Positions 37,691 through 45,743 of a stretch of DNA of 64,000 nucleotides are shown in pieces. The stretch is from an uncultured Clostridia bacterium (lineage in GTDB: Bacteria > Bacillota > Clostridia > TANB77 > CAG-508): NCBI GenBank assembly GCA_944391965.1, contig CALXVH010000001.1, positions 38,828 to 102,827 of the forward strand, written 5' to 3'. How positions within the stretch are numbered: the first letter of the stretch is position 1; each line of letters starts with the position of its first letter. The position numbers and the translations under genes are program-made. The notes below the pieces were generated by a model, which was given only the letters and a program-made list of their open reading frames with translations, was not told the origin of the DNA and ran no database searches.

Positions 37691-40303
37691 CTATTTCATC
37701 TTTTCTTTTATTTTCATTAAAGTATTTAGTGCATCTATAGGCGTTAATGTATTTAAATCAATCTTATCAAGTTCTTGTGCTATTTCTGCTAATTTGTAAT
37801 TATATAAATCTAGTTGACCTGCTTGAACTTGTTTATTTTCTTTTTCCATTTTCTTACTACCTAAAATACTTTTTCTTTCTAAGCTTCTTAATATTTCATT
37901 TGCTCTTTTTAATACTTCTTTTGGAACTCCTGCAAGCCTTGCAACATGAACACCATAACTTTCATCTGTTCCGCCTCTTACAATCTTTCTTAAAAAGATT
38001 ACATCTTCACCTTTTTCCTTAACTGCTATAGAATAATTTTTTACACCTTCTAGTTTATCTTCTAATTCTATAAGTTCATGGTAATGTGTTGCAAATAATG
38101 TTTTAGCTCCACATTTTGTTTTATCAGAAATATATTCAGCAACTGCCCATGCAATTGATAATCCATCATATGTTGATGTTCCTCTTCCAATTTCATCTAA
38201 TATTACTAGACTGTTTTTAGTAGCTTCTTTTAAGATATCTGCAACTTCCATCATTTCAACCATGAATGTACTTTGCCCCATACTTAGATCATCTGATGCA
38301 CCAACTCTTGTAAATATTTTATCTACAACACCTATATGTGCTTCTGATGCTGGAACAAAACTTCCTATTTGAGCCATTAAAGTAATTAGTGCAACTTGTC
38401 TCATATATGTAGATTTACCAGCCATATTAGGGCCAGTTATAATTGATAATCTGTTTTCATCATTATCCATATATGTATCATTATCTATAAAACTTCCTGT
38501 TGGAAGCATTTTTTCGATTACTGGATGTCTTCCTTCTTTTATTTCTATTTTTCCAGCATTGTCAACTATTGGCATACAGTAATTCATATCTTCTGCAACA
38601 GTTGCAAATGAAGCTAACACATCTAGCGTTGCAATTATCATTGCAGATTTTTGAAGTCTTTTTACATTTTTAGCAATTTCTTGTCTTATCTCTGTAAATG
38701 CTTCATATTCCAAATTGATAACTTTGTCTTCGGCTCCTAAAATTTGATTTTCTAATTCTTTTAACTCTTCTGTTATATATCTCTCACAATTTGTTAATGT
38801 TTGTTTTCTTATATATCTATCTGGAACTTGTGGTAAATTTGATTTTGTTACTTCTATATAATAACCAAATACTTTATTAAATCCAACTTTTAAATTTTTA
38901 ATTCCTGTTTTTTCTTTTTCTTTTTCTTCTTATTTAATTAACCAATTCTTACCTTCTGTTGTAGCAGTTTTTAATTTATCAATTTCTTCATTATATCCTA
39001 GTTTTATTAGTCCACCTTCTTTTACTGTCATTGGTGGATCTTCTACTATTGATTTTTCAATTAGCTCATAAATATCTTTTAGTTCATCTAAGTTATTATA
39101 AAGTTCTTGTAACATAGTTGAACTTGTATTTTGTAATACAGCTTTTACTTCTGGCAATTTTGATAAAGAATTTTTTAAAGATATCATATCCCTACCATTT
39201 GCATTACCATATGATATTTTTCCTGCTAGTCTTTCAATATCATAAACCTTTTTTAGGCTTTCTATAATATCTCCTCTAAGCATTACATTTTCTTTTAGTT
39301 CTTTTACTGCATTTAATCTCTTATTTATTTCGTTAACATCTATTAATGGATCATTTATCCATCTTCTTAAATGTCTTCCTCCCATTGATGTTGATGTTTT
39401 ATCTAACACCCACAAAAGAGTACCTTTTTTGCTTTTATCTCTCATTTTCTCTGTAAGTTCTAGGTTTCTTCTTGCATTAATATCTAAAGACATATATCTA
39501 GTTGTGTTATACATAATTATTTTGTTAATATGTTCTAAGCTTGTTTTTTGTGTTTGTTTTAGATACTCTACTAATGCATTTATACTTGCAACAGAAAAAA
39601 GTCTTTTATCTATATCTTTTATAGGATTGTCATCATTATCAACTAAATTGTAGTTTTCTACTATTGTATTTATGTCTTCTGAAAAGAATTTATCATTAAA
39701 TCTTGTAAAATATATTTCAAATCTTTCTTTTATTTTGCTTATCTCTTCTGTGCTATCATACATCATGCTATTTACAACTAATTCCGCTGGTGAATATCTT
39801 GCAATTTCATCTAATACTAAAGGAAAATTATTGTTTTCTTTTATTTCTGTACTATAAAAATCTCCTGTAGTTACATCACATACAGCAATTCCATAATAGA
39901 TTCCTTTTTTTACAATTGACATGATATAATTGTTTTTCTTTTCTTCTAACATATTAGATTCTATTACTGTACCTGGTGTAACAACACGAATAACCCCTCT
40001 TTTTACAATTCCTTTTGCTGTTTTTGGATCTTCTAATTGTTCACATATTGCAACTTTATACCCTTTAGCAATTAGTTTTGAAATATAAATTTCTGCTGCA
40101 TGATGTGGCACACCACACATTGGTGCTCTTTCTGCCTGTCCACAATCTTTGCCAGTTAAAGTTAGTTCTAGTTCTCTTGATACTGTTATAGCATCATCAA
40201 AGAACATTTCGTAAAAATCTCCTAATCTATAAAAAAGTATACAGTCTTTATATTCTTCTTTTGTTTCAAGATACCTTTGCATCATTGGTGAATATTCTGC
40301 CAT
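37691..40303 (-). pseudogene. mutS: DNA mismatch repair protein MutS with a single in-frame TAA at codon 458
   Basis: The 457-aa N-terminal ORF (GDFYEMF) ends ...NWLIK-TAA at 38930-38932. The same frame continues [28 protein letters not shown]... into the 340-aa C-terminal ORF, which has [21 protein letters not shown] and ATHYHEL. The total is 871 codons, the length of a normal MutS. Confidence 0.85.
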
Positions 40304-40426
40304 TTGTATATTCCTTACCTTTCTATTTTAGTCCTAATTCTTCTAACTTGTCTTCTGTTAATTTCTCTATTTTGTATTTTTTCCGTTAAGGTTATAATAT
40401 GCTTCTAATTTCATAATTTACCTTTT

Positions 40427-41323
40427 CTATTTTCTTGAATCATCATCTTGTTCTTCTCTTCCTGTAAGTTTTTCATATGCCTCCACAGTCTTTCCAGCTC
40501 TTCTTATTGTACTAATAGACACTTTTAATTTCTCTGCAGCCTCTTTTTGAGTAGTTCCTAATTCTTTTACCTCTGCTAGTAAACTTTTTGCTTTTTCATA
40601 TTTTTTCTCAGCTTCTGTTTTTTGACTACTTATTATTACAGGTCCTTCATCATAATTTTCTAGTGTACTTTGGATTAATATCCTTTCTAATTGTTCAAAT
40701 ACAGATGCTTTATCTTGTGAATTTCCTTTTTGCATTTTTCTTCTTGACAATTCTTTTGCTATTTCAAATATTGTTTTATATTCTTCATTCTTTTCAAGTT
40801 TAGCTAATTCTCTACTTATTGTTCTAGGTGGTATACCATACTTTCCAGCCATATCTGTTTGGCTTGCTTCTTCTGCAATCATTTCTATAAATAGAGCTTT
40901 AAAATTTATATGTGAATAGTCGGGATGCTTTCTAGCTTCATATTCTATATATGATCTTTTTAATTCATCATCATTTGAATCATTAACATAAGCCACAATA
41001 TTTTCTTTAAATGTTTGTTGATCTATGTCTTCACCAGTTCTTAAATATAATTCTCTTGCATCATTTAAAGTTTTTAGTTCTCCAGCTAAAAGTCTCTCTA
41101 CTATTTTCCCTAACCTTGTCTCATCAATATCTTTCTTTTGTAACTCACTCTTGTTTTTGGCTAATATTTTTTCTAATTTTTCTCTTTGTTCTGAATTTTC
41201 TGGAAATCTTTCTTCACACATTTCTCTAAACTTTTTTCTATCGATTCTATAAATTTTTTCGCATTCTCTTACTGATTTTCCATCTAGAACTGCAAGAAAC
41301 ATTTTTTCAAAATTATCTTCCAT
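40427..41323 (-). CDS. Hypothetical protein with three HTH-like segments
   Basis: 298 aa from the ATG at 41323 (GGAGG SD, 1 nt after the miaB stop). Three HTH-like stretches are present: SVRECEKIYRIDRKKF, SQTDMAGKYGIPPRTISREL and TQKEAAEKLKVSISTIRRA. Confidence 0.6.
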   Translation of the reverse strand: MEDNFEKMFLAVLDGKSVRECEKIYRIDRKKFREMCEERFPENSEQREKLEKILAKNKSELQKKDIDETRLGKIVERLLAGELKTLNDARELYLRTGEDIDQQTFKENIVAYVNDSNDDELKRSYIEYEARKHPDYSHINFKALFIEMIAEEASQTDMAGKYGIPPRTISRELAKLEKNEEYKTIFEIAKELSRRKMQKGNSQDKASVFEQLERILIQSTLENYDEGPVIISSQKTEAEKKYEKAKSLLAEVKELGTTQKEAAEKLKVSISTIRRAGKTVEAYEKLTGREEQDDDSRK

Positions 41324-41324
41324 T

Positions 41325-42740
41325 CTAACCTCCAATTAAACTTCCTTTCAAATACCACATATGTTCAGAAACAATTTTTAAATCTATTATTTCATTTATT
41401 AAATCTTTATCTCCTTCAAATATAACAACCTTATTGCTATCAGTTCTTCCTGTTAGCATATTTGGATTGTTTTTACTTGTTCCTTCTACTAAAACTTTTT
41501 GAATTGTTCCAACATATTTTTGGTTATTTTCTTCAATTTGACTTTCTACTAATTCTTTTAATCTGTCAAATCTTTTGTGTTTTATTTCTTCTGGAACTTG
41601 GTTTGGCATTTTATCTCCTGGAGTTCCAACTCTTCTTGAGTATATAAACATATATACTTGTTCGAATTTTACTTTTCTAACTACATCTAATGTATCTTCA
41701 AATTCTTCATCTGTTTCTCCTGGAAAACCTACTATAATATCTGTTGATAATGTTAAATTTGGTATTTTATTTTTCATTTTTTCTACTAAATTTAGATATT
41801 GCTCTTTAGTATATTTCCTATTCATCTCTTTTAAGACTTTAGAATTTCCAGATTGTAATGGTAAATGTATTAGTTTACATACTTTATCACAATCTGCTAT
41901 TGCTTCTATTACATCTTCTGTAAAATCTTTTGGATGTGGAGAAACAAATCTAATTCTTTCAATTCCATCAATTTTATTTATTGCACTTAATAATGTTGCA
42001 AAAGAGTTTACACCTTCATATGCTTCAAATTCTATATTTTTCTCTTTTTCTACTCTTAGATATGAATTAACATTTTGACCTAATAAAGTAATTTCTTTAT
42101 ATCCTTCTTTTGCAAGTTCTTTTACTTCATTAATAATATCTTTTGGCATTCTGCTTCTTTCTCTTCCACGTACATATGGCACTATACAATATGTACAAAA
42201 ATTGTTGCATCCATTCATTATTGTTACAGAAGCTTTTATATTGCTATCTCTTTTTATTGGTAAACCTTCGAAAATTTCACCATCTATATCTATAACATCT
42301 TTTACTTTCTCTCTTGTTTTTAGTGCTTTAAATAGATCTTCTGGAAATCTATATAATGTATGTGTTCCAAATACTACATCTACAAATGGATAGCTTTGTT
42401 TTATTTTATCTGTAATGTGTTTTTCTTGCATCATACAACCACCAATAGCTATAATTGTTCCATTAGCTTCTTTTATTCTTTTTAATTCTCCTAGTTTTCC
42501 AAAAAGTTTATCTTCTGCATTTTCTCTTACACAACATGTATTAAATAAAGCTATATCTGAATCTTCAAAATTCTCTGTTCTCGTATATCCCATTTCTTCT
42601 AACATTCCACATAACTTTTCAGAATCATTTTCGTTTAATTGACACCCCATTGTTAGAATGCAATATTTTAAGTTTTTATTATTTTTATTTATTTCTTTTA
42701 TTTCATCTATATATTTTCTTTGCTCTTCTACTTTTTCCAC
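41325..42740 (-). CDS. miaB: tRNA-i6A37 methylthiotransferase MiaB
   Basis: 471 aa with the radical-SAM motif CNNFCTYC, an N-terminal UPF0004 Cys triad and a C-terminal TRAM domain. GTG start with an AGGAGG SD. Confidence 0.9.
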   Translation of the reverse strand: MEKVEEQRKYIDEIKEINKNNKNLKYCILTMGCQLNENDSEKLCGMLEEMGYTRTENFEDSDIALFNTCCVRENAEDKLFGKLGELKRIKEANGTIIAIGGCMMQEKHITDKIKQSYPFVDVVFGTHTLYRFPEDLFKALKTREKVKDVIDIDGEIFEGLPIKRDSNIKASVTIMNGCNNFCTYCIVPYVRGRERSRMPKDIINEVKELAKEGYKEITLLGQNVNSYLRVEKEKNIEFEAYEGVNSFATLLSAINKIDGIERIRFVSPHPKDFTEDVIEAIADCDKVCKLIHLPLQSGNSKVLKEMNRKYTKEQYLNLVEKMKNKIPNLTLSTDIIVGFPGETDEEFEDTLDVVRKVKFEQVYMFIYSRRVGTPGDKMPNQVPEEIKHKRFDRLKELVESQIEENNQKYVGTIQKVLVEGTSKNNPNMLTGRTDSNKVVIFEGDKDLINEIIDLKIVSEHMWYLKGSLIGG

Positions 42741-42837
42741 GTTAAATCCTCCTATTGCCCCTATATTCTATATTATTTTCTAAGTTTTTTCAAGTGATTT
42801 TGTGTTCAAGTTTATCCATAAGTTAACCTTTCCATAT

Positions 42838-42881
42838 AAAAACAAACTGTGGGCTGAAAACCTTAATTTTTTCCCCCACAG
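42838..42881 (-). terminator. Orphan terminator-like hairpin about 130 nt downstream of the rpmE terminator
   Basis: On the minus strand, CTGTGGG...CCCACAG is followed by TTTGTTTTT. No ORF lies between it and the rpmE terminator. Confidence 0.5.
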
Positions 42882-43008
42882 TTATACATAATTTTTACTT
42901 ATTTATTTTTACCTAAAAATGAATTTACCACATTTGCAAATCACTTTACAATCGCAAAGATATATGTGCCTTAACTTATTATATAATTTCCTATATAATA
43001 TATAGTAA

Positions 43009-43041
43009 GAAAAAAGAAAATTATAACGCTTTATAATTTTC
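43009..43041 (-). terminator. rpmE intrinsic terminator
   Basis: On the minus strand, GAAAATTATAA-AGCG-TTATAATTTTC is followed by TTTTTTCT. It begins 10 nt after the rpmE stop. Confidence 0.75.
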
Positions 43042-43050
43042 TTATATATC

Positions 43051-43251
43051 TTATTGAATTCCATATTTCTTTTTAAATTTATCTGCTCTACCACCTGTTG
43101 TATCTTTTCTTAAATTACCTGTCCAGAATGGATGACATTTTGAGCAAACATCTACTTTTATAGATTCTTTTGTTGAGTTTGTTTCTATTACATTACCACA
43201 AGCACATGTAATTGTTGCAGCAGTATATTTTGGATGTATTCCTTCTTTCAT
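43051..43251 (-). CDS. rpmE: 50S ribosomal protein L31 (Zn-ribbon type A)
   Basis: 66 aa starting MKEGIHPKY, with CxC...CxxC cysteines. Confidence 0.95.
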   Translation of the reverse strand: MKEGIHPKYTAATITCACGNVIETNSTKESIKVDVCSKCHPFWTGNLRKDTTGGRADKFKKKYGIQ

Positions 43252-43341
43252 TTATGTTCACCTCTTCCTTTTCTTCGTAAAATGCTGTATATTATCATAA
43301 CATATATTTCATTAATTTTCAAGCCCTAATTTCTTTTTTAT

Positions 43342-43503
43342 TTAATTTACTTCATTTGTTTGTTCATGATCTAGAATGTATTGTCCAGATGTTTCTAGCT
43401 CTTCTTTTAAAGATGTTTTATTTACTAGTTTAAAAGTTATATTAAACAAACAAGCTATTACTAATATTATTAAACCTATTCTTTTCCAATATTTAGCTAG
43501 CAT
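43342..43503 (-). CDS. Small hypothetical membrane protein (53 aa), not in the ORF track
   Basis: ATG at 43503 preceded by AAGGAGAGG. It encodes MLAKYWKRIGLIILVIACLFNITFKL... with one TM helix and a TAA stop at 43342-43344. Confidence 0.45.
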   Translation of the reverse strand: MLAKYWKRIGLIILVIACLFNITFKLVNKTSLKEELETSGQYILDHEQTNEVN

Positions 43504-43675
43504 TTGGACCTCTCCTTCTCTCTTAAACTCATATTTCTATTATACTATATTTTATTTTTTTGTCAATATTTTTAACGTTTATCATATGTTTTGGTATTTT
43601 TTTGCTCATTTCGTGTAAAAATATTATAAAATATTTTATTGTGCCTATTATTTTTATTTGAGAGGATTGAATTTT

Positions 43676-44362
43676 ATGAAAAAGAAAATGCTACTATTTT
43701 TTATTATTTTACTTACTACAATTTGTTTTTCTGGATGTAGTAAAGAAGAAAAAACTCAAACAGAAGTTAATACTGTCGAAGTTAATAGAACATCGATTGA
43801 TATTAGTGATGTTTCTTTAAATGAAATATCAAATAATACAATCTTTAATAATACTTCTTCTACTAGCACTACTTCTAATTCCACTAAATCAACAAATACT
43901 AATAAATCTGAAGAATTGCTAGCACAATTTTCTACTAGAATATACTCTACAGATTCTGCAAGACAAAATAATTTAGAAATAACATCTAACAAATTAAATG
44001 GAACTATTGTAAAACCTAATGAAACATTTTCTTTTACAAAAACAATTGGACCTTCTACCTCTGCTAAAGGATATGAGGAAGCAGATATATATGATTCAAA
44101 TGGAAATAAAATTAAAGGTTATGGTGGTGGAAACTGTCAGGTAAGTTCTACCTTATACAATGCTGTCCAAAAGGTTTCATCTCTTAAAGTTGTAGAAAGA
44201 CACGAACACAGTAACACTGTTCCATATGTAAAAGAAGGTCATGATGCTGCAGTAGCATATGGAAGTGTTGATTTTAAATTTAAAAACACCAATAATTATA
44301 GTATAAAAATTTTAGCTCAAGCCTCAAAAAAATACGTTGTAGTTAAATTAATTAAAATTTAA
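43676..44362 (+). CDS. VanW-family lipoprotein
   Basis: Lipobox FSGC after the signal peptide, and the VanW motif GGGNCQVSSTLYNAV. The start is set at the ATG after GAGAGGA; the ORF track starts at an upstream TTG. Confidence 0.8.
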   Translation: MKKKMLLFFIILLTTICFSGCSKEEKTQTEVNTVEVNRTSIDISDVSLNEISNNTIFNNTSSTSTTSNSTKSTNTNKSEELLAQFSTRIYSTDSARQNNLEITSNKLNGTIVKPNETFSFTKTIGPSTSAKGYEEADIYDSNGNKIKGYGGGNCQVSSTLYNAVQKVSSLKVVERHEHSNTVPYVKEGHDAAVAYGSVDFKFKNTNNYSIKILAQASKKYVVVKLIKI

Positions 44363-44413
44363 TTCATATATTTTCTCCTTTAGCATATATTTTAGGAAAA
44401 GGAGGGGATTAAA

Positions 44414-45637
44414 ATAAGAAAATTTATTTATAAACTTTTAATTTCTATAATTATTTTTAGTTTAATATTAACCCCAATTTCTTGTTTTGCATATACTGAT
44501 TCTTCATATGTTTGGTCTTCACCAGAAGTCTTAACTAGTGTTATTGCTGATGAACAATCACAATTAGCGGAAAATAGCTTAAATCTCACATGTGGAAGCG
44601 CTATATTAATTGAACAATCAACTGGAAAAATACTATATGAACATAATGTACATGAACAATTACGTCCTGCAAGTGTTACTAAAGTTATGACAATTCTTTT
44701 AATTATGGAAGCAATAGATTCTGGTAGATTAAGTTATACAGACCAAATACCCTGTAGTGAAAATGCAAGCTCAATGGGTGGTTCACAAATATGGCTTGAT
44801 ACAAAAGAAACTTTAAGTGTAGACGAAATGTTAAAAGCCATATGTGTTGTTTCTGCAAATGATTGTACTGTTGCAATGGCGGAATATTTGGCTGGTTCTG
44901 AAGAAAACTTTGTTGCACAAATGAATGCAAAAGCAAAGGAACTTGGAATGAATGATACTACTTTTAAAAATTGTCATGGTATAGATGAAGATGGTCATGT
45001 ATCTTCTAGTTATGATATTGCGCTTATGTCTCGCGAACTTTTAGAAAAACACCCTGATATAAAAAAATATACTACAATATACATGGATTCTTTACGTGAT
45101 GGAAAATCTGAATTAGTCAATACTAATAAATTAGTCAGAAATTATAGAGGAGCTACTGGATTAAAAACAGGTTCTACTTCTCTTGCACTATATAATCTAT
45201 CAGCATCTGCAACTCGTGATAGTTTATCCTTAATTGCTGTAATAATGAAGGCACCTACTACTAAAGATAGATTTGCTGAAGCAACTAAATTATTAGATTA
45301 TGGCTTTGCAAATTATTCTTATAAAACTTTTGCTCAGAAAGGTGATACTATTAAAGAAGTTCCATTATCTAAAGGGGTTTCTTCATCCGTTTGCGCAGTA
45401 CTTGCTAATGATGCAGGAATTCTTCTAAAAAAAGGTGAAGAAAGTAATATTGAGCAAAATATTAATCTTCCTGATGAAATATCTGCACCTATAAATGAAG
45501 GTGATAAACTAGGTGAAATTTCTTATTCATTAAATGGTGAAACAATTGCAACTATTGATATAGTCGCAAAAAACAGTGTAGATAAAATAGATTTACCTCA
45601 TATGTTACAATATGTATTTAAATCTTGGATTAATTAA
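44414..45637 (+). CDS. D-alanyl-D-alanine carboxypeptidase (PBP5/S11 family) with a non-canonical ATA (or ATT) start
   Basis: The frame is open from 44396. The signal peptide IRKFIYKLLISIIIFSLILTPISCFA and the catalytic SVTK (SxxK) lie upstream of the first ATG (44687). AAGGAGG sits 8 nt before the ATA at 44414. No ATG, GTG or TTG is available in that interval. Confidence 0.75.
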   Translation: MRKFIYKLLISIIIFSLILTPISCFAYTDSSYVWSSPEVLTSVIADEQSQLAENSLNLTCGSAILIEQSTGKILYEHNVHEQLRPASVTKVMTILLIMEAIDSGRLSYTDQIPCSENASSMGGSQIWLDTKETLSVDEMLKAICVVSANDCTVAMAEYLAGSEENFVAQMNAKAKELGMNDTTFKNCHGIDEDGHVSSSYDIALMSRELLEKHPDIKKYTTIYMDSLRDGKSELVNTNKLVRNYRGATGLKTGSTSLALYNLSASATRDSLSLIAVIMKAPTTKDRFAEATKLLDYGFANYSYKTFAQKGDTIKEVPLSKGVSSSVCAVLANDAGILLKKGEESNIEQNINLPDEISAPINEGDKLGEISYSLNGETIATIDIVAKNSVDKIDLPHMLQYVFKSWIN

Positions 45638-45697
45638 AATTTTATATAAGAAAATAGCCTTAAGTTATATATTTCAACTTGCCATATATTAAAGAAA

Positions 45698-45743
45698 GGG
45701 ATTTGAGGAACGTCCCCAAATCCCTAAGGAACACCCAAATCCC
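45698..45743 (+). repeat. Family-1 repeat: canonical unit plus degenerate half unit
   Basis: GGGATTT-GAGGAACGTCCCC-AAATCCC (45698-45724), then TAAGGAACACCC-AAATCCC (45725-45743). The last base is the first base of the fbp stop codon. Confidence 0.85.

Noticed and set aside
38930-38932. The idea that the in-frame TAA in mutS reflects stop-codon reassignment or programmed read-through.
   Set aside because: TAA is used as the terminator of many well-delimited genes in this window, for example pyk, hisS and rny. No read-through context or recoding signal is evident. A mutation or sequence error is simpler.
42909-43094. A 61-aa minus-strand ORF spanning the rpmE 3' end and terminator.
   Set aside because: It overlaps rpmE out of frame and runs through the rpmE terminator hairpin, and it has no SD.
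1056-45724. The core GGGGACGTTCC contains GACGTT, the classic immunostimulatory CpG hexamer, and superficially resembles a kappa-B site.
   Set aside because: This is a pure sequence coincidence as far as I can tell from DNA alone. Nothing here supports a host-interaction role, so I do not advance it as a finding.
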